From NCBI GenBank assembly GCA_043747615.1, contig JAYTOU010000015.1, positions 1 through 64,000 on the forward strand: a stretch of DNA of 64,000 bases, written 5' to 3'. Both the position numbers and the translations under genes were made by a program. This stretch comes from Myxococcales bacterium (GTDB lineage: Bacteria; Myxococcota_A; Polyangia; Polyangiales; Polyangiaceae). Positions 9,235 to 18,789 of the stretch are shown here, piece by piece (positions within the stretch are counted from its first letter, which is position 1; each line of letters opens with the position of its first letter). The notes beneath the pieces were generated by a model. It had not been told where the DNA came from. It worked only from the letters and a program-made list of their open reading frames with translations, and did no database searches.

Positions 9235-9900
9235 TTACTGGCAGGCGCCGAACTGGCCGCCACGCGCCTTGAAGGGCGTGCAGACCTGGGGTGCGGTGCA
9301 CTCGCTCGGGTCGGTGCACATCCGCAGGCTGCCTGCGTCGCCGGCGCTGCAAGAGGCCGAGCACTTCGTCGAGTTGAAGCCCGACGCAAAGTAGGCCGTG
9401 GTCCCAACGCACGCTTGATCCTGCTTGATCGTTCCGGTGCCGCAGCACGTCGTGCCGCCGGTGCCGGCGTTGCAGTGGACGTCATCGTCGCACTGGATGG
9501 CCGTCGTCATCGCCGCGCAGGGGCTCGCGCCGCCCGCTCCAGCCGCCACACACATTCCGTTGCCGAGGCCGGAGGCCTTGCAGCAGTATTCGCCGATGGC
9601 GCAGTTGGCACCGGGGGCAACGCCGCCGACGAACGGACAGAAGGGCCCTGCATCCGCTTTCGGTGCGTGGAGGGTGGCTGCCTTACAGTCGGCCGCCGCC
9701 ATGCCGTCGTTCATGCCGGTGTCGGAGCCGGTGCCGCCGTCGCTTCCGCCGCCGCCGTCGCCCGTGGTGGCGTCCATTCTCGAAGCGTCGCCGCCGTCGA
9801 CGATGGTGGTGGTCTGGCTGCTACAGGCAGCGAGCCCGAGGCCAGCGACCACGAGTGACGCGCCGCCAAGGAAAATAAAAGCTTTGGTTGTCTTCTTCAT
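9235..9900 (-). CDS. Cys-rich lipoprotein
   Basis: LAAC lipobox, Gly/Asp linker, 18 further cysteines; SD ggagg. Confidence 0.85.
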   Translation of the reverse strand: MKKTTKAFIFLGGASLVVAGLGLAACSSQTTTIVDGGDASRMDATTGDGGGGSDGGTGSDTGMNDGMAAADCKAATLHAPKADAGPFCPFVGGVAPGANCAIGEYCCKASGLGNGMCVAAGAGGASPCAAMTTAIQCDDDVHCNAGTGGTTCCGTGTIKQDQACVGTTAYFASGFNSTKCSASCSAGDAGSLRMCTDPSECTAPQVCTPFKARGGQFGACQ

Positions 9901-9954
9901 TTTAATCCTGCCTCCCGGAAAAGCCCCGCTGTGGAACTCGCACGGGAACCGCTC

Positions 9955-11037
9955 CTAGTCAATGTCGGCTCGGGCGAAAGTGTCGCTGCCACGTGCGCTT
10001 TTCCCGCCGCGGCGCATGAACGCGAGGCTCAACGGAGGGAAAATGGGGCCGCTTCCGAGACGCTCCCGGCGGACCGATTCCCACGGACAGACCGTCGCGC
10101 CGATGAAGTTGGCGAAGGCAGCCAGCGTGAGCCCGGCAAAGATGTCGATCAGGTAGTGCCAGCGAAGAAACATCGTGGCCCCGATGATCTGCAGCGCAAA
10201 GAACGCCATGAGCGGCCACGTGTATTTGAACGGAAGGTGCTTGCGGTGGCGGAAGGAGTAGATGGCGAGGAAGGTCGGCGCTGCGGTGTGGAGGCTCGGA
10301 AAGATGTCTTTCTGCGCGCCCCCTGCGCTTACCGTCTCACGCACCAAGCCCCAGAAGAAGCCGTTCGGCAGCGGGTGTTGGAACGAGGACGCGAGGTGCG
10401 CGTATGGACCATAGCCGGGCACGACCATGTAGAGCGTGTGAGCGCTGGTGAAGACCACGAAGATACCGAGCGCGAACTGCGAGATGAGCACCTCGTTCTT
10501 CAGGCACATGAGAGCCGGAAGAACGTGGACGATCAGGATCGCGAAATAACTGAAGTAGAAAAAAGAGAACCACTCGGTGGTCGTCGGATTGACGAACTGG
10601 TCCCACGCCACTGACGGCTCGTAGTGGAAGACCTTCATGTCGAACGCGTAGAGCTGCGCGTCGACGGCGCGCCCGCTCACGGCGGGGAGGATGTCGCGGA
10701 GCTGGAAGTACGACAGGAATACGGCGCCGAAGATCGTCATCCGGTAGACGAGGGCGCTGACCAACGCGCCGAACGATCCGTTGGGATGGATGAGGCCGCG
10801 TGTGACTCCAACGCCCACTCCAAAGATACACAGATCGGTGATCACGCGCTGGATGCACACTGGACGATTTGGCCCGGTGCCGGCGACGAGCGCGACGAGG
10901 ACGACGACGAAGTAGATGCCGATCAACCAGTCGTGCAGCGCCATATCGAGCAGCACGCGGGTGGACCACGACGCGCGCGCATCGCTGCGGGATCGGCTGA
11001 GCTCGGCTTCTTGTGTGAGGAGATGCTGGGTCATCAT
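9955..11037 (-). CDS. PAP2-superfamily membrane phosphotransferase, AUR1/inositol-phosphorylceramide synthase-like
   Basis: Multiple TM helices; PGYGP, DIFPSLH, RWHYLIDIFAG. Confidence 0.8.
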   Translation of the reverse strand: MMTQHLLTQEAELSRSRSDARASWSTRVLLDMALHDWLIGIYFVVVLVALVAGTGPNRPVCIQRVITDLCIFGVGVGVTRGLIHPNGSFGALVSALVYRMTIFGAVFLSYFQLRDILPAVSGRAVDAQLYAFDMKVFHYEPSVAWDQFVNPTTTEWFSFFYFSYFAILIVHVLPALMCLKNEVLISQFALGIFVVFTSAHTLYMVVPGYGPYAHLASSFQHPLPNGFFWGLVRETVSAGGAQKDIFPSLHTAAPTFLAIYSFRHRKHLPFKYTWPLMAFFALQIIGATMFLRWHYLIDIFAGLTLAAFANFIGATVCPWESVRRERLGSGPIFPPLSLAFMRRGGKSARGSDTFARADID

Positions 11038-11052
11038 CGAGAGCGAGACAGA

Positions 11053-11068
11053 TGCAGGTTTCTCGCCA
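11053..11068 (-). promoter_or_regulatory. Candidate sigma54 promoter for the PAP2/lipoprotein genes
   Basis: Minus strand TGGCGAGAAACCTGCA with 12-nt GG-GC offset; palindrome CCCGT-N5-ACGGG at 11102-11116. Confidence 0.45.
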
Positions 11069-11133
11069 AGTCAGTCCCGACGCTATGACCCACAGTTGGC
11101 ACCCGTCAATCACGGGAATGCGCTAAATGCCGC

Positions 11134-11160
11134 AAAAAAGAGTACGCAGGTGCGTAGCTC
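11134..11160 (-). terminator. Intrinsic terminator after ferredoxin
   Basis: gag-tacgc-aggt-gcgta-g-ctc hairpin with a minus-strand U6 tract. Confidence 0.65.
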
Positions 11161-11161
11161 G

Positions 11162-11476
11162 CTACTCGTCCTCTTCGTCCACCGAGCGCACCCGGAGCAC
11201 GCCTCGCCCGGGTCGCATTTGGGCTTGGCAGGCCAAACGATATTTCGGGGGGGCTTGGGCAAAGATGTCGAGCACGTCGAGCTCCTCGTCGTTCGGCGCG
11301 AGGAGCTCGTCCTCGCCCTCCAAAATATGGATCCGGCAGGTGCCGCAGTTTGCGCTGCGACACGAAAAGGGGATCGGCGCATTCGTGTCGTCGCACAGAT
11401 CGGCGAGGGACCCGCCGTCGGGCGCTTCGACTGTGAGGGGATCGTTATCTCTGGTGACGAAGGTGATCGTGGGCAT
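11162..11476 (-). CDS. 2Fe-2S ferredoxin
   Basis: FSCRSANCGTC...RLACQ. Confidence 0.92.
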   Translation of the reverse strand: MPTITFVTRDNDPLTVEAPDGGSLADLCDDTNAPIPFSCRSANCGTCRIHILEGEDELLAPNDEELDVLDIFAQAPPKYRLACQAQMRPGRGVLRVRSVDEEDE

Positions 11477-11500
11477 GGAAGCGCGTTTTTTTAGCGGTTT

Positions 11501-12766
11501 CTACGATCTTAGCAAGAGCAGCGCATGCTCTGCGCGAGGCGTTTCGCGAAAAGCCGCCGCGCTCCCGGGATGAAAGTTTGGTCTTCGTTGGGAGGCCCGC
11601 GCGTACGGCTCGAGGCCTGCCCACCCAGCGACCTCGGCTACGATCGCGTCGGCCCGGAGCGCCACGTTTCCGACCGCGGAATCCGCCATCAGAAGGACGA
11701 GCGGCGCGTCTTTTACGAGCACCCGCGCCATCTGGAGCAGGAAACCTTCGAGCTCGTGTTGCCACTCGGCGAGCGCGCTGGCGGCGTCGAGCTCGGCGTA
11801 CCGCCTCCGCGAGCCCATTTCTTTTTCGGCAAAGCTCGTGGTCGCCTTTCCTTCGAGCCCGAGCCAACGAAGGCGCATCGCGTGATGGGCCATGTAGTCG
11901 TACGTCGCCGCGTACGGCGGTGAGCTGATCACCGCGTGGATCGATCCGGTCTTCACGGACGCAAGTTCGCAGGCGTCGTCGATCTCCACTCGCACCCTCG
12001 GCGTCGGTTTCGGAAGCGCGCCCGCGAGCTCGGCGAGGAGACGTGTTAGCTCCTCGGTTTTTCGGGTGAAGAGCTTCGCGGTGTAGCCGGCGGCGATGCG
12101 GCGCTTTTCCACCGCGCTCGACGTGTCGCTCTGCTTGCGGCTGACTTTGACTAGGAGCGCGCTCAAGACGAGCGAAAGGGGATGGGAGACGCGCGGATCT
12201 TTGACGAGCGCGATCCCGGCGCGAAGGCTATCGAGCTCGAGCAGCACGTGAGGGTCGAAGAGGAGGACGTCGTCTTGTGGGTAGCGGCGGGTCGCGCCGG
12301 CCTTGGTCTTTCGCCGTTCATCGGCAAAAGAAGCTATTTTGCGCGCTGCTGCGAGCAGCTCCTCACGCTCTGCCTCGGTGGTGACCGACGTCTTCAACCG
12401 CGAAAGCCGAACGGCAAGCGGATTCAGATCGCTCCCCACGGCATCTCTGCCGGCGAGCATCGCTTCGACGAGGACCGTTCCCGATCCGCAAAAGGGATCG
12501 AGCACGCGCGCGCGGGGTGACGCGAAGGCGTGGACCAAGCGCGAGGCCGTGAGTGGATGCATCCGCGCCGGATAGGTGTGAAACCCGTGGATGTGTGCGC
12601 GCGCCGCGTCCTCGCCATCTTCCTCCTGCGATTCGGCAGAGGGAACTCGCAAGGCCTCGGCGAGGAGCTCCGCCGCCTCTTCGTCTCCCCCGAGCTCCAC
12701 GTCTCCGCCGACGTGCGTGAGCGATCGTCTCTGACCCACCCCGCCCGGTATCGCGACGCGCGTCAC
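11501..12766 (-). CDS. Orphan amino-DNA methyltransferase (N4-C/N6-A type)
   Basis: HGFHTYPARM, VLDPFCGSGT (motif I), ISSPPY (motif IV). Confidence 0.8.
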   Translation of the reverse strand: MTRVAIPGGVGQRRSLTHVGGDVELGGDEEAAELLAEALRVPSAESQEEDGEDAARAHIHGFHTYPARMHPLTASRLVHAFASPRARVLDPFCGSGTVLVEAMLAGRDAVGSDLNPLAVRLSRLKTSVTTEAEREELLAAARKIASFADERRKTKAGATRRYPQDDVLLFDPHVLLELDSLRAGIALVKDPRVSHPLSLVLSALLVKVSRKQSDTSSAVEKRRIAAGYTAKLFTRKTEELTRLLAELAGALPKPTPRVRVEIDDACELASVKTGSIHAVISSPPYAATYDYMAHHAMRLRWLGLEGKATTSFAEKEMGSRRRYAELDAASALAEWQHELEGFLLQMARVLVKDAPLVLLMADSAVGNVALRADAIVAEVAGWAGLEPYARASQRRPNFHPGSAAAFRETPRAEHALLLLRS

Positions 12767-13428
12767 ACGCTCACCTTGGTGGCGCCTTCGTCGAGCCCGA
12801 GCGCCGGGGCGAGATCGGCTTCCCCAGACTCGAGGGACGTCACGCGGTAGCGGAGCTCGGCGTCGTCTCCTAGATCGACGCGGACCCGAGAGTCCGTGGC
12901 AAGCACGGTCATCATGCGCTCGGCGTCGGCCTCGGTCGTCTGCATCATCACGGCGATTTCTTTGGCGGTGAGCTGGCCGCCGTTCAAGCGCAGGAGCGTC
13001 TCACCGACCATCCCCCACGCATCGAACGCGGCGAGCTTGGCGCTCGTGAGCTCGCGGCGCGCGTTACCCGCAAAGCGCATCGCGAAGACGATGAAGGCGA
13101 GAGCCGCCCCAAGAATGACGAGCCCGACGACGGCATGCGCTCCTGCGAAGATAGTTCCGATCGCCGCTACGATCGCGCCGGTGAGCCCGAGCCCGGTTGC
13201 CGCCATTCGCCAGCCGAAGGCCCTCTTGGCCGACAGATGCGCGCGCCGCAGCGACTCCTTCTCTCTTTGCGAATGGGCCAGCTCGCCTTTTACCGGAATC
13301 CGTGGGCCGCCGCACACCGCGCAAACCCAGCGAAAACGCGCGCTCTCTTCGAGACGCGTTTGGCCGGCGCAGTGCGGGCATGGCTCACCACCGAGCTCGG
13401 CAGCGATCCTGGCGCCAACATCCATCAT
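12763..13428 (-). CDS. Membrane protein with N-terminal zinc ribbon
   Basis: CPHC..CAVC, two TM helices, 4-nt overlap with the MTase start. Confidence 0.7.
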   Translation of the reverse strand: MMDVGARIAAELGGEPCPHCAGQTRLEESARFRWVCAVCGGPRIPVKGELAHSQREKESLRRAHLSAKRAFGWRMAATGLGLTGAIVAAIGTIFAGAHAVVGLVILGAALAFIVFAMRFAGNARRELTSAKLAAFDAWGMVGETLLRLNGGQLTAKEIAVMMQTTEADAERMMTVLATDSRVRVDLGDDAELRYRVTSLESGEADLAPALGLDEGATKVSV

Positions 13429-13480
13429 CCTGCTGAACTACCACGAGTCGGGCAATGCCACGACCCGCGCGAATGGACGC

Positions 13481-14167
13481 TTAGGGGCGAACGATCGTAG
13501 TTCCCGGCGGCGGGTTCAGTTGGAACTGCGACGCGGGCACCGCCTCATTCACGCGCGGGTTCTCGAAATCGAAGCGGTTCCGATTCGCCTGCCCATCGAT
13601 GATCATCACCCGCCGCACCTGAGAGGTGGCGTTATCGATGTAGAAGAGCACGGTCGCGTAGGCCGGGGTCGCCTGCTTCGGCACGCCTTGAAGGACAGTG
13701 CCATTCGGGAAGCTCATGCCGTCGGGGACGGTGAACGTGAAGAGATCGGCGAGCTTCCCCTGGCCCGTGAGAAACGCGAGCGCCGCGGGGTACTGCGACT
13801 TGTCCATATGCTGCTCGAACATCTGGTGGTTCGAGGCTTCGTAGACTTTGACGAGAGCGCCGTCGGACACGACGCGGTTGTCCTTCGGGTCGTCGTAGAC
13901 CCAATCCATTTTGCCGGGCTTCGAGAAGACGACCCTGCCGTTGGACCTGATGCGCTTGTCGTGGACCTTGACGTAATATTCCTGCTTGAAGTCGCTCTTG
14001 AACGAGGTCGTCTTGTCGTAGAAGGCTTGCACTCTGCCAACGAGCTGGGCGACGTCGGCAGCGGAGGCTGGGGCCGCGGCAGGGGCCTGGGCATAGCTCG
14101 GGCGCGCCGCGACGGGCGGGACACAGACCATACAAAGAATCAACGCTGCTTTGAAAATCGATCGCAT
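13481..14167 (-). CDS. lolA: Outer membrane lipoprotein carrier LolA
   Basis: Signal peptide; SFKSDFKQ, FSKPGKMDWVY..P, VVSDG, F.LNPPPG. Confidence 0.88.
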   Translation of the reverse strand: MRSIFKAALILCMVCVPPVAARPSYAQAPAAAPASAADVAQLVGRVQAFYDKTTSFKSDFKQEYYVKVHDKRIRSNGRVVFSKPGKMDWVYDDPKDNRVVSDGALVKVYEASNHQMFEQHMDKSQYPAALAFLTGQGKLADLFTFTVPDGMSFPNGTVLQGVPKQATPAYATVLFYIDNATSQVRRVMIIDGQANRNRFDFENPRVNEAVPASQFQLNPPPGTTIVRP

Positions 14168-14229
14168 CCGGGCACGTACTCTTTCTCATCGCGCTCAAAG
14201 CGCACGCTTACAGGCTTGGCACCTGTCTG

Positions 14230-14748
14230 TTAGACGGCCTTCCGCTTGGAAGTGATCACTAGCGCGCTTCCTGTGCGCGAAAAGACCATACTTTGCAAAT
14301 GAGTGACGGCCACCGCAAGGGCGTCGGCGGCGTCGCTCGGGGGCGGCGTAGGCAGACCAAGGATGACGCGGATCATCTGGGCCACCTGGTTCTTGTCGGC
14401 CCGGCCGCCGCCGGCCACCGTGCGCTTCACTTGGGCAGGCGCGTACTCAGCGATCGCGAGGCCGGCGCGCGCGCACACAAGGAGCGCCACCCCGCGGGCG
14501 TGACCCAGCTTGGCGGCTGACTGAGCGTTCTTTGCGAAGAAGAGCCCCTCGATGCCCGCCTGGGTGGGCTCGTATGTCGTCACCACGTCGACGAGCTCGC
14601 GCTCGATTTGGACGAGCCTCGCGGAGAGCTCGGCGCTCTCGTCGGTGCGGATGACTCCGTGAGCCACGTGCGTGAGCCTCGTGCCGTTTCGGGCAACGAT
14701 CCCCCAGCCACAGAGGCGGGTCCCAGGGTCGATGCCGAGCACGAGCAT
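14230..14748 (-). CDS. ruvC: Holliday junction resolvase RuvC
   Basis: VLGIDPG, IEGLFFAKN, LGHARG, DAADALAVA; start at ATG 14748. Confidence 0.96.
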   Translation of the reverse strand: MLVLGIDPGTRLCGWGIVARNGTRLTHVAHGVIRTDESAELSARLVQIERELVDVVTTYEPTQAGIEGLFFAKNAQSAAKLGHARGVALLVCARAGLAIAEYAPAQVKRTVAGGGRADKNQVAQMIRVILGLPTPPPSDAADALAVAVTHLQSMVFSRTGSALVITSKRKAV

Positions 14749-14750
14749 GC

Positions 14751-15503
14751 TTATTCTTTGGCGATGCGCGCCAGCTCCTCGTCGGATAGATCGAAGTCGG
14801 AGTAGACGTTCTGCACGTCGTCGTGATCGTCGAGCGTCTCGGCCAGGCTGATGGCCACTTCGGCGTCGCGCCCGGTGACGGGTTTTTTCGTCTTTGGGAT
14901 GTAGGCGATTTGCGAGTTCTTGACGGGGATCTTCGCCGCCTCGAGGACATCGAGAATGACGTTGAGATCGTTGGCCGGCGTGATGACGTCCCACGTTTCG
15001 CCGCCGTCCGAGTAGTCCTCGGCGCCGCCGCCGATGGCGATTTCCATCAGCTGATCTTCGTTGGCGGCTTCTTTCACGATCTGGATGAGGCCCTTGCGAT
15101 CGAAGGCCCAGCCCGCCGTGCTTCCCCCGCCGAGGAGGCCGTTGTTGCGCTCGAAGATTTTTCGAATCTCGGCGACGGTGCGGTTGCGGTTGTCCGTCAT
15201 GCCTTCGACGAGGAAGAGCGTGCCGCCGGGGCCGGTGCCCTCGTAGAGGACCTCTTCGTAGTTTGTGCCTTCGAGCTCTCCGGTGCCCTTTTTCACCGCG
15301 CGGTTGATGACGTCGCTCGGCATGGACTGCCCCTTGGCGTTGGAGACGGCCTTGCGCAGGCGGGGATTACCGCCCACATCACCACCGCCCATGCGCGCAG
15401 CGACGGTGAGCTCTTTGATCAGCTTGGTGAAGAGCTTTCCGCGTTTGGCGTCGATTGCACCTTTTTTGTGCTTGATCGTCGCCCATTTCGAATGGCCGCT
15501 CAT
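14751..15503 (-). CDS. yebC: YebC/PmpR family protein
   Basis: MSGHSKWATIKHKK, TDNRNRT, DDVQNVY; adjacent to ruvC. Confidence 0.96.
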   Translation of the reverse strand: MSGHSKWATIKHKKGAIDAKRGKLFTKLIKELTVAARMGGGDVGGNPRLRKAVSNAKGQSMPSDVINRAVKKGTGELEGTNYEEVLYEGTGPGGTLFLVEGMTDNRNRTVAEIRKIFERNNGLLGGGSTAGWAFDRKGLIQIVKEAANEDQLMEIAIGGGAEDYSDGGETWDVITPANDLNVILDVLEAAKIPVKNSQIAYIPKTKKPVTGRDAEVAISLAETLDDHDDVQNVYSDFDLSDEELARIAKE

Positions 15504-15624
15504 GAGTTCATCCAGCCCTTTTCTTGAGACGTTTGCGAGGCGTGTGCGAGGAAAGAGTCGAGGTCTTCATCGGAGACGCCGGAGCATAGCTCGCATTGAG
15601 GACTTCGCGTAAAGTCCGCGCGGG

Positions 15625-16881
15625 ATGCGATTTCCTCTTCTTTGCGCGCTCGTCTTCGCTCCGCTCGTGGTCTTCGCGTGCAGCGAGTCAGGCACCCTCG
15701 TGCTCAAGGATCCCCCGGCCGACGCAGGTCCCGACGCGGCGCTCCCGTGCGGACGGAGCGGCGTGAGCAAAGGCCCGTGGGTCCTCGCCGCGGATCTCAC
15801 GGGAGTAAAAATTCGTTGGGAAGCGTGCCGCGCGGGCGTCGCCGGGGGGCTCACCCTCACCCCCGAAGCGGGAGGCGCGACGAAGCAAGCGACCTCCGTC
15901 GAGACGCCGTTCACCGCGACGGAGACGTACACCGCGCCGCTCCAGCCAAACGCCACGCCCGATTACGCAGGCGTCTTCACCATGCACGAAGCGGCGCTCA
16001 CCGGCCTCGCTCCGTCGACCTGTTACCACTACGCCCTCGACGCGGATGCGAACGCCAAGGGCCGCTTCTGCACCGCGCGCACTCCGGGCGACCCCATTCG
16101 CTTCATGGCCATCGGCGACACCAACCCAGGGCTCGGCGATTCGGCGAAGAACGTGCTCGCCCACGCGCTCCCCAGAAACCCGGACTTCACCATCCATGGC
16201 GGAGATCTCCAGTATTATGCGTCTGGGCTCGAGACGTGGGCGTCGTGGTTCCCGATCATGCAGCCGATGCTGAGCCAGGGCGCGTTCTTCGCTTCGGTCG
16301 GCAATCACGAGTTCGAAAAGCCTGACGAGCACGCCCAGTACGATCAGCGCTTTTTTGGCGGCGCGGGGTTCGACGGCAAGGACGACCACTACCGTTTCCA
16401 GTCCGGCGGCGTGTGGTTCTTCACGCTGAGCACCGAGACGCCGATTACCGCCGGCTCTGATCAGGCCAAGTGGCTCGAGGCCGAGCTCACCGACGCTTCG
16501 CAGCAGCCGGGGTACCGCTTCTCGGTGGTCTACTTTCATCGCCCGTTCGTCACCTGCGGGGACACCAGCGACAACCCGGAGGCGCGCGCGTACTTCGAGC
16601 CTATATTTGCAAAGTACAAGCTTCTCTTGATCGTGCAGGCTCACATGCACGGCTACGAGCGGTTCGAGCTCGGCGCGTTCACCTACGTCACCGCTGCGGG
16701 CGGGGGTGGGTCGATCGGGCGCGTGGACGAGAACATCACGCGCGCGGAGTGCAGCTCACGAAAAGCTTCGGGGCCGTTTTACCACGCTGTGATTTTCGAC
16801 GTGACGGCGGGAAAGCTGACCGGCACGGTGATCGACGACAAGGGCGCGGTGCGCGACTCCTTCGAGAAGGTCGTGCCCTAG
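15625..16881 (+). CDS. Purple-acid-phosphatase-like metallophosphoesterase lipoprotein
   Basis: VFAC lipobox; IGD, GGDLQY, VGNHE, FHRP, AHMHGYER. Confidence 0.88.
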   Translation: MRFPLLCALVFAPLVVFACSESGTLVLKDPPADAGPDAALPCGRSGVSKGPWVLAADLTGVKIRWEACRAGVAGGLTLTPEAGGATKQATSVETPFTATETYTAPLQPNATPDYAGVFTMHEAALTGLAPSTCYHYALDADANAKGRFCTARTPGDPIRFMAIGDTNPGLGDSAKNVLAHALPRNPDFTIHGGDLQYYASGLETWASWFPIMQPMLSQGAFFASVGNHEFEKPDEHAQYDQRFFGGAGFDGKDDHYRFQSGGVWFFTLSTETPITAGSDQAKWLEAELTDASQQPGYRFSVVYFHRPFVTCGDTSDNPEARAYFEPIFAKYKLLLIVQAHMHGYERFELGAFTYVTAAGGGGSIGRVDENITRAECSSRKASGPFYHAVIFDVTAGKLTGTVIDDKGAVRDSFEKVVP

Positions 16882-16893
16882 GAACGACGTCGG

Positions 16894-17694
16894 CTACGGC
16901 GGCTCGACGTCCCACGCGTGTGCCGGCACGATCGCTCCCGCGCCATCGATCGCGTACGTCGTAGAGAAGAGGCGTTTGTCCTTGCCTCCGCCACTCCACG
17001 GAACGAGGCGGGTGCCGATCGTGACGGGCTCGGTGCATGACGTGAGCGAGCAGGTACGCGCGCGCTCGTAGACGAGAGCATTGTCGTCACCGAATCCGCG
17101 ATCGGCTTTGTCGACGACGACGACGTATCCGCGCTCGACGCGCACCTCCATGAGGCCTGCGGGACGAAGGATCGAAGGGCAACCGGGATCGTCGTGGTAG
17201 TCGGTAACGAAGGGGATCCCGAGGTTCGTCCAGCCTTCGCTCGTCCGCACGATGATGCTGGTCTGCGTGGAAAATCCGGTCTCGTAGGTGACGGCCTTCG
17301 CTTCCAGATACGGCGCTGCAAGTGACACGCGCACGCCACGCATCGCCGCCGGATCCTCGTCGCACGCGGGGACGGCCCTGGGGATGTCTCCGTCTGCGTA
17401 ACGCTCGGCCAGGTCACGACGTGCCTTTTCGATCTGCGGTGCGATCTCCTTCATCTGCAGCGCGCAGAGGGCGTGCACGTCGCGGAAGCTTCCCGCGGGA
17501 AGCGTGGGGAAGGCGAGCTCTGGTTCGGAGTCGACTTCGGCGAGGGCCGGCGCTTCGGCGGGGACCGCAACGTCGGCGCGCGGATTGGCCGCGGGGGCAG
17601 CGGTCACCACGGACTCGGAAGGTGACTCCGAAGCCCCACCGCATGAGAGCACCGGGGCAAATGAGACGACGAGGACGGCGACGACACGCTTCAT
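16894..17694 (-). CDS. Hypothetical lipoprotein
   Basis: MKRVVAVLVVSFAPVLSC signal/lipobox at ATG 17694; the longer ORF upstream is an antisense shadow. Confidence 0.7.
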   Translation of the reverse strand: MKRVVAVLVVSFAPVLSCGGASESPSESVVTAAPAANPRADVAVPAEAPALAEVDSEPELAFPTLPAGSFRDVHALCALQMKEIAPQIEKARRDLAERYADGDIPRAVPACDEDPAAMRGVRVSLAAPYLEAKAVTYETGFSTQTSIIVRTSEGWTNLGIPFVTDYHDDPGCPSILRPAGLMEVRVERGYVVVVDKADRGFGDDNALVYERARTCSLTSCTEPVTIGTRLVPWSGGGKDKRLFSTTYAIDGAGAIVPAHAWDVEPP

Positions 17695-17952
17695 GAGACA
17701 CGACGATTGCATGGTCGGTGCCGCCGAGTTCGCTCGCGTTTCGCCGAGGAAAACGCAGCCCGTCGACCTCGCGTCGTGTTCGGCGGGCAACACGCCGTGT
17801 CGAAGGGGAGTCGCCCCTCTGTTGGTGTGGACGTTGCACTCGGCCTCCAGAATGTGCAGCGCCGCCTCGATCCGCGCCGAAACGTGTGACGCTTTCGCCA
17901 CGCCCGCGCATTCTCGCCACCTTTCGAGCGCGCCGGCTCCGCGGAGAAGCTC

Positions 17953-18747
17953 GTGACCCGTGACGAAAATAATCTCGAAAGAGCCTCCAAGCTGGGGTTC
18001 GAGGCCTGGCTTCCCTCCGCGGCCGGGCTCGGTGTCTACATCAGCGCCCTGCGCGCGCGTCTCCTCGTCGGTGTCCTCGGGTACTGCTTCGGTCTCTTCG
18101 CCGTCGCCCTGAAATCGCCGAAGCTCGGCGAGGTGTTGCGCGTGGCGACCCCGGCCGTCAGCCTTGGGATCTGCATCGTGATGGCTGCTGCGGTGCTCCG
18201 ATTTGCGCGTCTTCCAAGGCGGACCGCGGGCAAAGGAATGGCGCGGGTCTCGTTCGCGCTCCTCGGGGTGTCTGCGCTCTTCAGTGCGTACGCGCTTCTC
18301 CTCGCGCTGTTCTCCGTCGGGGTGCGGGTGTTCCCGGCGTCGCTCGACGCGGAAGCAAAGGGCGCATTTAGTGCGGTGTGGCGGCTCCCATGGGCCGACC
18401 TGGCATCGCAGATTGCCCTGCTCGCTTCGCTCGCTGCTCTCTTGATGTCGTTCGCGGGTGTTGCCCGCTCCATCGATGCGCGCGACGTGCAGGGCCGCGC
18501 GACCAGAGCGCTCAACGTCGTGAGCCTGGCAACGTGCCTCGCGATTGCCCTCGGCGTCGTCGAGGTTCAGGGCACCGTTCGTCACGATGCCGTCGTTCTT
18601 GGCGGGCTCGGGGTACTCGTCGTCGCGCTGGTCGCGGTGGCGATGGCCTTCGGGGCCGCCCGATGCCTCCAGGCATTCGTGATGAGGCTCGGCACGCAGC
18701 GCGCAAGCGAGGCGCCTCTAGAGACGCTCGCCTGGCGCAACGCGTAG
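17953..18747 (+). CDS. Hypothetical multi-pass membrane protein
   Basis: About 6 hydrophobic segments. Confidence 0.6.
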   Translation: MTRDENNLERASKLGFEAWLPSAAGLGVYISALRARLLVGVLGYCFGLFAVALKSPKLGEVLRVATPAVSLGICIVMAAAVLRFARLPRRTAGKGMARVSFALLGVSALFSAYALLLALFSVGVRVFPASLDAEAKGAFSAVWRLPWADLASQIALLASLAALLMSFAGVARSIDARDVQGRATRALNVVSLATCLAIALGVVEVQGTVRHDAVVLGGLGVLVVALVAVAMAFGAARCLQAFVMRLGTQRASEAPLETLAWRNA

Positions 18748-18789
18748 CCCGCGCTCACGTAGCGTCGAAGGCCGACTAATCTCAGAGCG

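Noticed and set aside
11501..13428. Restriction-modification or defence system
   Set aside because: The neighbouring gene is a membrane Zn-ribbon protein with no nuclease motif; no other defence genes nearby
14230..15503. yebC-ruvC without ruvA/ruvB
   Set aside because: Separation of ruvAB from ruvC is common; probably encoded elsewhere
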